Assembly (NCBI GenBank): GCA_049322215.1
Contig: JBMORU010000001.1
Span: 969,759 to 1,033,758, forward strand
Direction: 5' to 3'
DNA: 64,000 nt
From: Patescibacteria group bacterium
GTDB taxonomy: Bacteria; Patescibacteriota; WWE3; UBA101185; UBA10185
In this document: in pieces, positions 8,292-17,595 of the stretch
How the letters are laid out: each line of letters begins with the position of its first letter
How positions within the stretch are numbered: position 1 is the first letter of the stretch
The notes under the pieces: generated by a model
What the model was told of the DNA's origin: nothing
Databases searched by the model: none
What the model saw: the letters and a program-made list of their open reading frames with translations, nothing else
Translations under genes and position numbers: made by a program

Positions 8292-10309
8292 TGAATTTAA
8301 AGTCTTCAGTAAACTTAGTACCTAAAATAGGGCCTAAATATCAAAAGCTTTTAAATAAACTAGAAATATACAAAGTAGAGGATTTGCTTTACCACTTTCC
8401 TTTTAGATACGAGGATTACTCAAAAGTAAGCAAAGTTTCAGAATTAATACCTAATGCTGATGTAACTATAAAAGCGCAAATAGTTAGTGCTCAAAATATT
8501 TTTACTAAAAACCGAAAAAGAATAACAAAAGCAATCGCACTAGACGAAACAGGTGAGTTAGAACTTATTTGGTTTAACCAACATTACATAAAAAAGGCTC
8601 TATTAATAGGTGAAGAATATTACATAAGTGGAAAAGTAGGAACTTTTAGCTATAAACCCGCAATTATAAGTCCACAACTAGAACTTGTAGAAAAGGGGAA
8701 AACACTTAATACAGGAAGAATTGTACCTGTTTACCCTGAAACAAAAGGGCTTACTTCGAAGTGGATTAGAGATAAAATAGATTTTTTGCTAAATAAAATA
8801 ATAAGCATTGAAGAAATATTGCCAAAAGAGTTACTTGAAGAAAATAATTTCCCAACAATAAAAGCAGCACTAAGAAATATGCATTTTCCGAAAATATTAA
8901 GAGATGCTGAAGAAGCAAAAAAAAGATTCGCCTTTGAGGAGTTACTAACAGAACTTTTGAGAGTAGAGCATAGAAAGCATATTTGGCACCAAAAAATGGA
9001 AGGAGTGCCACTTAAAGTAGATGAGTATAAAAAAGAAATCGAAACTTTTGAAAATAGTTTGCCGTTTGAATTAACTTCATCACAAAAAAACGCGGTAAGA
9101 GAAATATTTGAAGAAATGCAAGGTCAGCACCCTATGAATAGATTACTTGAAGGGGATGTTGGCACTGGAAAAACGGTTGTTGCTGTAGCAGCGGCATACC
9201 TAGCGTACTTAAATGGCTTTAAAACGCTTTATATGGCTCCCACAGAAATTTTAGCGCAACAACACTACAAAAACTTTATTCAATATTTAGAACCTTTTAA
9301 AGTAAAAATAGAACTTAAGACCGGGAGTAAAAAAACTAATTTAAATAATACAGAGTTTGATATAGCCATTGGAACCCATGCCTTATTATTTACAGAAGAC
9401 GCATTAGAAAAAGTGGGGCTTGTAGTTATAGATGAACAACACCGATTTGGAGTAAAGCAACGCGCAAAACTAGCTTCGTTAAGTAACGAAACAAAGGCAC
9501 CAAATATTTTAACAATGACTGCAACACCTATTCCTAGAACGTTAGCTTTGACTCTTTATGGAGATTTGTCTATTTCAACACTAGATGTTCCGCCAAATAA
9601 AGACAAAAAAATAACCACAAAGGTGGTGCCTGATTCTAAAAGACTTTCTGCATACAAATGGATTAAAAGCAAAGGTGAACCTACATTTATTGTTTGCCCT
9701 TTAATTGAAGAATCTGAGCATGAAATGCTAGAAAATGTTAAAGCCGCTGAAGCTGAATACGAAAAGCTTTCTAAAGGTATTTTTAAAGATATATCGGTGG
9801 GGTTACTACATGGGCGAATGAAACCTGCAGAGAAAAAAGAAATTGTAGATAAATTCAGAGCAGGGGAATATAAAGTGCTAATTTCTACTCCCGTAATTGA
9901 GGTAGGAATAGATATTCCTGATGCAACAATAATAGTAATAGAAAGTGCAGAGCGTTATGGACTTGCCTCGCTGCACCAATTAAGAGGGCGTGTTGGTAGA
10001 GGAAAAAAAGAGGGATTCTGTTTGCTTTTTCAATCTAACTATTCAAAAAAGGCTTATGCACGCTTAAAAAACTTGGAAAAAATTAATTCAGGCTTAAAAC
10101 TTGCAGAAATAGACATGAAGTACCGAGGGCAAGGTGACGTATTTGGCACTATGCAAAGCGGAATTAAAAGTTTTAAAGTGGCAGATATTGGCAATTTAAA
10201 AATGATCGAAGATACTAAAAAAGCTGCACAAAAATATTATCCAAAGTTGCATAATTACCCACTATTAGAACAAAAAATAAAAGTGTCAGATGAAGTTATA
10301 AATAATTGA
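8291..10309 (+). CDS. recG: ATP-dependent DNA helicase RecG
   Basis: Walker A GDVGTGKT, DEQH box VIDEQHRFG, TATPIPRT and QLRGRVGRG. N-terminal wedge/OB region. Confidence 0.9.
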   Translation: MNLKSSVNLVPKIGPKYQKLLNKLEIYKVEDLLYHFPFRYEDYSKVSKVSELIPNADVTIKAQIVSAQNIFTKNRKRITKAIALDETGELELIWFNQHYIKKALLIGEEYYISGKVGTFSYKPAIISPQLELVEKGKTLNTGRIVPVYPETKGLTSKWIRDKIDFLLNKIISIEEILPKELLEENNFPTIKAALRNMHFPKILRDAEEAKKRFAFEELLTELLRVEHRKHIWHQKMEGVPLKVDEYKKEIETFENSLPFELTSSQKNAVREIFEEMQGQHPMNRLLEGDVGTGKTVVAVAAAYLAYLNGFKTLYMAPTEILAQQHYKNFIQYLEPFKVKIELKTGSKKTNLNNTEFDIAIGTHALLFTEDALEKVGLVVIDEQHRFGVKQRAKLASLSNETKAPNILTMTATPIPRTLALTLYGDLSISTLDVPPNKDKKITTKVVPDSKRLSAYKWIKSKGEPTFIVCPLIEESEHEMLENVKAAEAEYEKLSKGIFKDISVGLLHGRMKPAEKKEIVDKFRAGEYKVLISTPVIEVGIDIPDATIIVIESAERYGLASLHQLRGRVGRGKKEGFCLLFQSNYSKKAYARLKNLEKINSGLKLAEIDMKYRGQGDVFGTMQSGIKSFKVADIGNLKMIEDTKKAAQKYYPKLHNYPLLEQKIKVSDEVINN

Positions 10310-10377
10310 GTATAGGGTATTGTCATAAAGTGAAAACTCCTAAATTTACATAAATAAAGCCTTTTCCTATGCTCCAA

Positions 10378-10390
10378 CCTATAGTATAAT
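10378..10390 (+). promoter_or_regulatory. CCTATAGTATAAT promoter element
   Basis: Exact 13-mer, 44 nt upstream of the ATG at 10434. Confidence 0.6.
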
Positions 10391-10433
10391 TAGGCAACTA
10401 TCTGATAAACCAATACAAAAGGAGTACCTTACT

Positions 10434-11366
10434 ATGTACTTTAACAAAAAAATCACGACTTTGCTTTTATGGCTGCTTTTGATTATTTTGATGGCAGCAT
10501 GTGGAAGTGCGGACGATGCGGCAAGTGCTTTGCGCACGGCTGCGGATGCGGTAGAAAGCGTAGGTGAGGCCTCAGAAGATGTTAATGAACTAATTAATAA
10601 TCTTCAACAACCACCTCAAGCAAATAACACTGCACAAACAACCACAACAGACACTACAGGAACAACCGAACAACCCCAAAGTACGCCTGCAACACAAACA
10701 TGTAGTGGACAGGTTCAGTTCAACAACACAACCAGCATGGAGCTCTATGAGCATTACCCTGAGCTTGTCAACATGCAACCTACTCAGGCCAACACACTAA
10801 GCACATCATTTGGGCAGCTGGTATTTTACAACTACACCAACGTCCAAATCGACATGCAGGCCATTTCCAGTGCAGTCGAAAAACTGTACAGCATGGTAGG
10901 TAAGCAGGCTTTTCGGCTAAATACTGGAGGTACACCATACTGCCTTGTTGCAAAATCGTTCCCTAGTAGAACGTTGGTTATTGTTCCTCGCGAAATCGGC
11001 CGTTCGGAACTGACACCTGCGCAAAGCCACACCAACGCGGGCACATTTTTGGCAAGCAACGGCGCGTTTTCTTTCGTGTACTTTGAAAGGGGTTTCGAAG
11101 AAAGAGCCGATCAGGCAGTAAACATGGCAGCCATATTCACAGAGCTATGCAACGTACACCTGGGCATTGTAAGTCCATATTACGATGCAGAGGGTCCAGA
11201 CTGGTTCTGCAATGATTACATTGTGGGAAGCACGTTTAAAATTTTTGGCTTAGAAAGCGACACCAACGGTATTGCAACCAGGGCTAAAAACAACGGTGCT
11301 GACAATTTCTTCTATGTAGTCGATTTTAATGACTATATGGACACGGCACTGTTTAACATCGACTAA
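10434..11366 (+). CDS. paralogous lipoprotein 1 (310 aa), unknown family
   Basis: Signal peptide with Cys (LMAAC). Thr/Gln-rich linker. Conserved blocks shared with the next two genes: YEHYPEL, LVIVPREIGRSEL, ELCN, DWFCNDY. RBS AAGGAG. Confidence 0.75.
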   Translation: MYFNKKITTLLLWLLLIILMAACGSADDAASALRTAADAVESVGEASEDVNELINNLQQPPQANNTAQTTTTDTTGTTEQPQSTPATQTCSGQVQFNNTTSMELYEHYPELVNMQPTQANTLSTSFGQLVFYNYTNVQIDMQAISSAVEKLYSMVGKQAFRLNTGGTPYCLVAKSFPSRTLVIVPREIGRSELTPAQSHTNAGTFLASNGAFSFVYFERGFEERADQAVNMAAIFTELCNVHLGIVSPYYDAEGPDWFCNDYIVGSTFKIFGLESDTNGIATRAKNNGADNFFYVVDFNDYMDTALFNID

Positions 11367-11374
11367 TCTATTAC

Positions 11375-11421
11375 GGGATCTAAAGTTTGTTAAAAAAAAC
11401 AAACCTTAGGTCCCTTTTTTT
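11375..11421 (+). terminator. rho-independent terminator
   Basis: GGGATCTAAAGTTTGTT pairs with AACAAACCTTAGGTCCC (two G-U pairs), followed by a T-run. Confidence 0.75.
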
Positions 11422-11442
11422 GTAGGTTTGCTTTATACCAAG

Positions 11443-11455
11443 CCTATAGTATAAT
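11443..11455 (+). promoter_or_regulatory. CCTATAGTATAAT promoter element
   Basis: Exact 13-mer, 57 nt upstream of the ATG at 11512. Confidence 0.6.
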
Positions 11456-11511
11456 AGGTTAACGCATTTTTATAACTAAATAACACCGCTCAAACAAGGA
11501 GTTAGGTACAA

Positions 11512-12522
11512 ATGAAAAAAGCAATTGCTTTAGCTTCGCTAATGTTTTTATGGCTGTTAACAGCATGTGCAACAGGGGATGCAAGTTCGTCAAAAAGTGC
11601 AACTGACACTATTTTGGATGAAATTGCGGCAAACATCGTGGAAAGTGATTCTAAGCCTTCAACTGGCCAATTTCCACCACCTCCGCAGGCACCACCTTTA
11701 AATACAAACGCAAGTGGGGATTCAAACAGGGCTGCTTTGACATTGCCAACCACATCTGTGACAAATGCCGTGCCAAATACTACTGAGGTTCCGGCATACG
11801 GTTTGAGGTACGTTTCGTTTGAGAGCATGGAATCTTCAAACGTAGATATGTACGCTCATTTTCCTGCGCTGCATAACTATACCCCGTGGCAAAACTTTAC
11901 AGTAACCTCGGGGGGAATTAGCGTTACATTCGTTAATTTCAACCAAAGCATTAACCTCAACCAAAATGTACTACAACACTTTTTGGATGGGTTAGCTACA
12001 GCATCACAAAGTTGGGTGAATGTTACCAGCGTTGACGGTACCACATACGACCTGCGCATTTCAAAGTCCCAGAGCATTACTGTTATGGTTGCTCCGTACG
12101 ACATAGGTACATCTGATCTTATGAGTGATGAACATACGCTTGGTAACTACCCCGAACAACGCATTCAGGGATACTCGTTAATAACTGGAAGTGGTATTCT
12201 TGGCGTGGTAAAAAGCGATGGTGGAAACGGAACAAATGACTTAATTTTAACTGAAGCATGCAACAGCTTCATTGATTTAAGTCCCAATGGCTTTTACGCA
12301 GAAGATATGGAAATCGCCATTTACAGCAACACCTCTATTGTTCCTGGGGACGCGTTTTGTAACATGTATGCACGCTCTAGCTCTTACACTTCTGGAGGAC
12401 ATGTTACAAATCACCAAGAGCTGTACAGCTTTATGAGCACGCTTACTGTTTTTGGTTACCAGTACATGTATTTGCCTGAGCAATTATTTGGCGGGTACAT
12501 AACACAGTATGTAACAAACTAA
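11512..12522 (+). CDS. paralogous lipoprotein 2 (336 aa), unknown family
   Basis: Lipobox LLTAC. Pro-rich linker (QFPPPPQAPP). Conserved blocks YAHFPAL, VMVAPYDIGTSDL, EACN, DAFCNMY. Confidence 0.75.
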   Translation: MKKAIALASLMFLWLLTACATGDASSSKSATDTILDEIAANIVESDSKPSTGQFPPPPQAPPLNTNASGDSNRAALTLPTTSVTNAVPNTTEVPAYGLRYVSFESMESSNVDMYAHFPALHNYTPWQNFTVTSGGISVTFVNFNQSINLNQNVLQHFLDGLATASQSWVNVTSVDGTTYDLRISKSQSITVMVAPYDIGTSDLMSDEHTLGNYPEQRIQGYSLITGSGILGVVKSDGGNGTNDLILTEACNSFIDLSPNGFYAEDMEIAIYSNTSIVPGDAFCNMYARSSSYTSGGHVTNHQELYSFMSTLTVFGYQYMYLPEQLFGGYITQYVTN

Positions 12523-12528
12523 TATACA

Positions 12529-12574
12529 GGTTCAACTTTTAGGAAAAATCCCTACAAGTTGAACCTTTTTTTTA
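12529..12574 (+). terminator. rho-independent terminator
   Basis: GGTTCAACTT (12529-12538) pairs with AAGTTGAACC (12556-12565), followed by a T-run of 9. Confidence 0.8.
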
Positions 12575-12605
12575 CTTAAAAGAAAAACCTTTTCACGTGC
12601 AAGAG

Positions 12606-12618
12606 CCTATAGTATAAT
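12606..12618 (+). promoter_or_regulatory. CCTATAGTATAAT promoter element
   Basis: Exact 13-mer, 45 nt upstream of the ATG at 12663. Confidence 0.6.
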
Positions 12619-12662
12619 ATGGAAATTGCTTACCCAATAAACTAACTAGAAGGAGATTTAAA

Positions 12663-13493
12663 ATGAAAGGTAAAGCAACTCTGTATGTAGTAATACTGCT
12701 TCTCGTGGTAGCGTTGTTAAGCGGATGTACCAATGAAGAGGCTGTTTCGACTTTGACAACTGTAATTGAGGATGCAACAGGCAGTACTCAAGTAGAAAAC
12801 ACAAATCCAGACCAAGGCGGCACTATAAATGTTAGTGGCACGGCCAACCTGGATATTTATGCACACTATCCACAGTTGGCTAATGTGACTCCATTAGAGG
12901 ATTTCACGCTTACATCACCTGCAAGCTACGGTTATTCCGTACGCATTGTGAATTACAGCCATTTATCTGTAAACTCCGCTGCGGCCGGTCAATACCTTGA
13001 CTTGTTGCACTGGTTTGCGTGGAACAAAGTCACAGCTTTGGATATGAAAAATGTTGACCATTATATTTACATAAAGAATGTGCCAACTACCCAGCATGTT
13101 TTAGTAATTGTGCCCCAAGAAGTAGGTGCTTCGGTACTTATGCCAGAAGGAAACAATGTTAGAGGGGGCACACAAACTGGCACAAACGGTACGTTTGCAT
13201 TTTCTATGTTTAACGCGCAAACGCTTGATGTAAGCGAAAAAGGCAAAAATGAACTGAGGTTACTAGTTGAATTATGCAACTCATTCATTGGTGCCGGCAA
13301 TAATGGTTACAACTCTGGAGAAAGCGATGCTTTTTGCAATTCATATGCTACTGCTACGGTGCTAAAAGCGTTTGGTCTCAAACAAAATCTACAAGAAGTA
13401 ATTGACGCCTCTAAAGATGGCCAGTGGGGAAGTTATACCTTTATGTATATCAACTCCTGGGACGCATATATAGGCGCGCAAGTAACTAACTAA
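12663..13493 (+). CDS. paralogous lipoprotein 3 (276 aa), unknown family
   Basis: Lipobox LLSGC. Conserved blocks YAHYPQL, LVIVPQEVGASVL, ELCN, DAFCNSY. Ends QVTN, like paralog 2 (YVTN). Confidence 0.75.
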   Translation: MKGKATLYVVILLLVVALLSGCTNEEAVSTLTTVIEDATGSTQVENTNPDQGGTINVSGTANLDIYAHYPQLANVTPLEDFTLTSPASYGYSVRIVNYSHLSVNSAAAGQYLDLLHWFAWNKVTALDMKNVDHYIYIKNVPTTQHVLVIVPQEVGASVLMPEGNNVRGGTQTGTNGTFAFSMFNAQTLDVSEKGKNELRLLVELCNSFIGAGNNGYNSGESDAFCNSYATATVLKAFGLKQNLQEVIDASKDGQWGSYTFMYINSWDAYIGAQVTN

Positions 13494-13502
13494 TAACTAA
13501 AG

Positions 13503-13555
13503 GCCAAAAGAGTAAATCCACTCATAATGGAAATTCATTCTTTTGGCTTTTTTTT
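13503..13555 (+). terminator. rho-independent terminator
   Basis: GCCAAAAGA (13503-13511) pairs with TCTTTTGGC (13539-13547), followed by a T-run. Confidence 0.7.
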
Positions 13556-13588
13556 CGCTTAAACACAACAATCTGTTAAAATACCCCC

Positions 13589-14143
13589 ATGTCTAGAATT
13601 ACATCAGGCACCGCAAAAGGAAAAAACTTAATAGTTCCTAATATTGAAAATATTAGACTCCCACAAGACAAATTTAAATTGGCTTTATTTTCTATACTTG
13701 CAGATAAAGTAAAAGGCGCCGATTGTTTAGATTTATACGCAGGAAGTGGAAGTTTGGGTCTTGACGCATTAAGCAGAGGAGCACAATCATGCGACTTTGT
13801 AGATACAGATAGAAAAGCAATAGATGCTATAGAAAAAAATATGTTCGATTTAGGTTTTACAGGTAGAGGAGAAATAATTCAGGATGACGCTGTGAAATAT
13901 GTTGCAAATACAAGTGTAACTTACGACATTATTTTTGCAGATCCATTTTTTGATGACGTAAAACATAGGTTTTTAATGCAAAATATGGAAGAAATTTTGA
14001 ACCCAAATGGGGTAATTTGTTTTTCACACGGAAAAGAGTTAGATATAGAAGATGTTATTAAAAACACTAAACTTGAGATTTTCACCACTCGAAAATATAA
14101 CAATGCGTTTCTTACAATTTTAAAAGCAACTGCCACAAGCTAA
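13589..14143 (+). CDS. rsmD: 16S rRNA (guanine966-N2)-methyltransferase RsmD-like
   Basis: SAM motif LDLYAGSGSLGLDALSRGA and DPPY-like FADPFF. Size is typical of RsmD. Confidence 0.75.
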   Translation: MSRITSGTAKGKNLIVPNIENIRLPQDKFKLALFSILADKVKGADCLDLYAGSGSLGLDALSRGAQSCDFVDTDRKAIDAIEKNMFDLGFTGRGEIIQDDAVKYVANTSVTYDIIFADPFFDDVKHRFLMQNMEEILNPNGVICFSHGKELDIEDVIKNTKLEIFTTRKYNNAFLTILKATATS

Positions 14144-14162
14144 AACACACAAATTTATATTT

Positions 14163-14218
14163 AAAAAATAAAAAAAGAGGCTTGGAGTGTACTGTTTAAT
14201 TTGTACAAACCAAACCTC
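14163..14218 (-). terminator. rho-independent terminator for the minus-strand gene 14226..14912
   Basis: GAGGCTTGG pairs with CCAAACCTC (one mismatch) with an inner TGTAC/GTACA pairing. On the minus strand it is followed by TTTTTTTATTTTTT. Confidence 0.65.
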
Positions 14219-14225
14219 ATGTTAT

Positions 14226-14912
14226 TTAGGCACCATAAGATGCAGTAGTACCCAAAGGATCAAGCTGACCGTAAATATTTTGCATTTCCTGAAGGGCAGC
14301 ACGGGCGCGTGTAATACGATGGTTACCGGCAGAAGGTTTAACATCAGGAAGTGCTAAGTGGGCGTGTGTGTCCACATGCTCTATCATCTGCGTTGTAACC
14401 AACATCAAGACCCTAATCTGGAAAATGGCACACTCTGTTGATACAGTTATTTGTTGTGCACCAAAGCCTTTCCCAATCGATGCATTTAAACCCCGGGCTA
14501 TTCCCAAAATGTACTCAGCAGCCTCATCCATTAGGGGTTGATGCGTTCGAGTAAGCACTGGACCTAAATCAACGACAGTGTTAAGGGCTAGACCCAACAC
14601 GTTGATACGCTGCTCAGATTCCGTTTTTGACAAATTATGCCCGGTGGTAGGAAAAACAGACAAAACTGTGTCTACCAGCGCTATAACAGCCCATTCAAAC
14701 GCTTCAAGCACTCTTTGAGCATCTGGGTTATTTTTAGCTGCATACTCACGCATTCTGTTTCGAGCAATTTTAATTTTTTTGTAGAATTTCATTCCCTTTG
14801 CATCTTCTGGGGGTTCGTCATCTACAGAAAAAGTTAAAAGCCAAAACAGAGTTGAGAGCGCAGTTAAATTAAATGCACCCCGCAACAAATTACCTATTGT
14901 AAGCCTCTTCAT
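14226..14912 (-). CDS. hypothetical protein (228 aa) with N-terminal hydrophobic anchor
   Basis: Long ORF, G+C-rich relative to flanks, with its own promoter motif and terminator. N-terminus LTALSTLFWLLTFSV. No recognised family. Confidence 0.6.
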   Translation of the reverse strand: MKRLTIGNLLRGAFNLTALSTLFWLLTFSVDDEPPEDAKGMKFYKKIKIARNRMREYAAKNNPDAQRVLEAFEWAVIALVDTVLSVFPTTGHNLSKTESEQRINVLGLALNTVVDLGPVLTRTHQPLMDEAAEYILGIARGLNASIGKGFGAQQITVSTECAIFQIRVLMLVTTQMIEHVDTHAHLALPDVKPSAGNHRITRARAALQEMQNIYGQLDPLGTTASYGA

Positions 14913-14967
14913 ATTAACTCATTCTCCTTGCAATATTTGATTTTGATGATAATTATATCAGTGCTGT

Positions 14968-14985
14968 ATTATAGCACCCTATAGT
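14968..14985 (-). promoter_or_regulatory. promoter: ACTATAGGG + TGCTATAAT (minus strand)
   Basis: The minus strand reads ACTATAGGGTGCTATAAT. The extended -10 ends 55 nt before the ATG at 14912. The plus strand carries CCTATAGT at 14978-14985. Confidence 0.55.
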
Positions 14986-15024
14986 AATGAAGATCAACAT
15001 TGTAAAAAGGGTTGGGGGCTTAAG

Positions 15025-15678
15025 TTAGCTATAACGTTCTTCAAGCCAAGGGTCACCATGGTTGTTATAACCGCGAACTTCCCAAAAGCCAGGTTCATCA
15101 TGCTTTAAAAAGGTAATTTTGTTTAAAAATTTTGCAGACTTCCAGCCATATAAATGGGGGACTAACATGCGAACAGGGCCACCATGCAATGTAGGTATAG
15201 TTTCACCTTCTAGCTCGTAAGCAACTAAAACATCTTCTTTTAAACATTCTTCTATAGGTAAGTTGGTAGTGTAATCATCTCTACTGCTAAAAACTACAAA
15301 CCTGGCGCTAGGCTTAGGTTTTACTAATTTTGCAATTTCCAAAAAGCTTACACCTTTCCAGGTTAAATCGTAACGTGACCACCTAGTAACACAATGAAAA
15401 TCTTTTGTAACTTCTACCGAAGGAAGCGCTAAAAGTGAGGCTTGCTTTAAAATTACAGGATTTTCCACCTCACCATCTATCGTCAAAGTAAAATCTTGAA
15501 AGTCTAAATGAGGACGAACCCCTAGATCAAGTACAGGAAAACCATCTGTAAGGTACTGGCCAGGAGGTAACCTGTTTGTACTACGCTTTTTTTGACCTAT
15601 TAATCCAAACTTTTCAGCTGCTTTTTTAATTTTTGCCGAAATTAAAAACTCATTGTATGCATCGTTAGGTAAGTTCAT
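15025..15678 (-). CDS. molybdopterin-dependent oxidoreductase, sulfite-oxidase/MsrP-like catalytic domain (217 aa)
   Basis: Block FHCVTRWS..WKGV plus GGPVRMLVPHLYGWKSAKFL resembles the Moco-binding domain of the sulfite oxidase/YedY family (recognised from memory). Confidence 0.65.
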   Translation of the reverse strand: MNLPNDAYNEFLISAKIKKAAEKFGLIGQKKRSTNRLPPGQYLTDGFPVLDLGVRPHLDFQDFTLTIDGEVENPVILKQASLLALPSVEVTKDFHCVTRWSRYDLTWKGVSFLEIAKLVKPKPSARFVVFSSRDDYTTNLPIEECLKEDVLVAYELEGETIPTLHGGPVRMLVPHLYGWKSAKFLNKITFLKHDEPGFWEVRGYNNHGDPWLEERYS

Positions 15679-15701
15679 TTGTATTAATTTTATCAGATGC
15701 T

Positions 15702-17135
15702 ATGATTTTCATAGTGCTCAAAATTTATAAAAAAACAAAAATAATATCTACATTAGGTCCCGCTTCGGAAGACCCCCAGAAAATAAAAAAACTAATTGAA
15801 AGTGGTGTAAATGTATTTAGGTTTAACATGAAGCATGGAACAGTTGAATGGCATGAGAATGCTATAGAGAAAGTTCAGAAAATAGCAAATGAACTAGAGT
15901 ACTCGCTTGGAATTTTAATTGACTTACAAGGGCCTGAAATAAGAATACAAACAAAAAATGGTGAGGAGTTAGAAATAAAAGAAGGACAGGAAATAATTTT
16001 TACACATGTATTTAAAAACGACAACGACCTTATTAGAATCCCACATAAGTCTTTTTTTGATGCGCTAGAAGAAGGAGATAAGTTTTCAATTGACGATGGC
16101 TTTATAAGATTTGTTGTTACAAAAAAAGAAACAAACCGCCTAACTGCAGGAACATTAGATGACGCTATAGTAAAAAATAACAAGGGGTTAAATTTAGTTG
16201 GTAAAGATATAGATTTGCCATCAATGATTGACGATGATATTGAGAGATTACATCTTGCAGTAAGAAAAAAAGTAGACTATGTGGCATTATCTTTTGTAAG
16301 AACAAAACATGATGTCATTGCGTTAAAACAGGAAATGAAGCGAAAGAAAATTAATGCTCAAATAGTATCAAAAGTAGAAAGCCAAAAAGGACTTGATAAT
16401 ATTGAAGAAATAATTGATGAATCCGATGTAGTAATGATTGCAAGAGGAGACTTAGGTATTGAAGTTCCTATGGAACAAATTACATATCATCAAAAGCAAA
16501 TTATTAATAAATGTAGGCTAGCGCATAAACCTGTAATTGTTGCTACACAAATGCTGCAGTCAATGATTGAATACCCATTACCTACACGTGCAGAAGCGAC
16601 AGATGTTGCTAATGCCGTTTTTGACGGAACTGATGCGGTAATGCTTTCGGGCGAAACTGCAACAGGAAAATACCCATTAAAAGCGGTAGAGGCTATGAGT
16701 AAAATTTTGGCGTTTAACGAAGAAAAGGCAGAGGTCACAAAATTTAACACTATTCCAACAAATGCCACAGAATTAATAGTTAGAGCTGCCGAAGATATAG
16801 CAGAACATGCTTTTGAACCTAAAACCAAATTTATTGTAGTGTTTACAGAAACTGGATATACCGCAAAAGTTTTATCCAGTTTTAGACCTAAAATCCCTAT
16901 TATTGCAGTTACGCATAATCAAAAAACTGTAGAAACACTGACGCTTTCTTATGGTGTAACCCCTGTAAAAGTTAAATTTCCCAAAAGCGGCAGATTAATT
17001 TCCCCCGATGCAGTTTTACAAAAAATAAAAGAGTTAAAACTAGTACATAAAGGGGACAACATTCTTTTAATCCACGGACAACATTGGCAAAAACCAGGTC
17101 AAACCAACGCTATAGTATTTTTGCCTGTAGAATAA
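15702..17135 (+). CDS. pyk: pyruvate kinase
   Basis: KTKIISTLGPAS, MIARGDLGIE, ATQMLQSM and MLSGETA. The start could instead be GTG at 15714. Confidence 0.9.
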   Translation: MIFIVLKIYKKTKIISTLGPASEDPQKIKKLIESGVNVFRFNMKHGTVEWHENAIEKVQKIANELEYSLGILIDLQGPEIRIQTKNGEELEIKEGQEIIFTHVFKNDNDLIRIPHKSFFDALEEGDKFSIDDGFIRFVVTKKETNRLTAGTLDDAIVKNNKGLNLVGKDIDLPSMIDDDIERLHLAVRKKVDYVALSFVRTKHDVIALKQEMKRKKINAQIVSKVESQKGLDNIEEIIDESDVVMIARGDLGIEVPMEQITYHQKQIINKCRLAHKPVIVATQMLQSMIEYPLPTRAEATDVANAVFDGTDAVMLSGETATGKYPLKAVEAMSKILAFNEEKAEVTKFNTIPTNATELIVRAAEDIAEHAFEPKTKFIVVFTETGYTAKVLSSFRPKIPIIAVTHNQKTVETLTLSYGVTPVKVKFPKSGRLISPDAVLQKIKELKLVHKGDNILLIHGQHWQKPGQTNAIVFLPVE

Positions 17136-17195
17136 TTACCTGTTATAATAATACTCACAAAAATAATTGTTAAACCCATAACATGGAGGAATAAA

Positions 17196-17411
17196 ATGAG
17201 TTTCAGTCATTTGATGCTGCAAGAAAATACTGTTAAACACTTTAAGGGGCAATTGGGTAACGAGGCAGTTGGGTTGAAGTTTAAAATGATTAAAAAAAAT
17301 GGTAGACCCGCCAACCTCGTTTTCACCGTAACCGAGGTGAAAAATTTTGGTTTTTGGACTGACAAAAGTATGCTCATTGCCGACGACATTTTGATTCAGA
17401 TAGTGGGCTAA
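17196..17411 (+). CDS. hypothetical small protein (71 aa)
   Basis: RBS GGAGGA 6 nt before the ATG, with a terminator immediately downstream. A weak CTATAGTATTTT element lies at 17110-17121. Preferred over the overlapping minus-strand ORF. Confidence 0.45.
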   Translation: MSFSHLMLQENTVKHFKGQLGNEAVGLKFKMIKKNGRPANLVFTVTEVKNFGFWTDKSMLIADDILIQIVG

Positions 17412-17417
17412 CCAATA

Positions 17418-17469
17418 GGGGATCTCTAACAAAAGTGAAAACACTTTTTGCTAGAAATCCCTTTTTTTT
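17418..17469 (+). terminator. rho-independent terminator
   Basis: GGGATCTCTAACAAAAGTG pairs imperfectly with CACTTTTTGCTAGAAATCCC, followed by a T-run of 8. Confidence 0.7.
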
Positions 17470-17485
17470 GTTTATAACAAATAGG

Positions 17486-17515
17486 TTGACAAATAAGGCA
17501 ATCATAACCTATATT
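17486..17515 (+). promoter_or_regulatory. sigma70-type promoter upstream of rpmF
   Basis: TTGACA (17486-17491), an 18-nt spacer, then TATATT (17510-17515). Confidence 0.5.
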
Positions 17516-17595
17516 ACCCCAGCAAGGAGTTATTGATTTAACTTCTAAAATGCACTACCATGGTTTTAAGTGCAATGAAAGGATTTTTATAAAAA

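Noticed and set aside
17136-17444. 102-aa minus-strand ORF overlapping the 71-aa plus-strand ORF
   Set aside because: It has no RBS. Its end abuts the pyk stop. The plus-strand ORF has a GGAGGA RBS and a downstream terminator in the right orientation. Neither has a recognised family, so even the plus-strand call has only moderate confidence.
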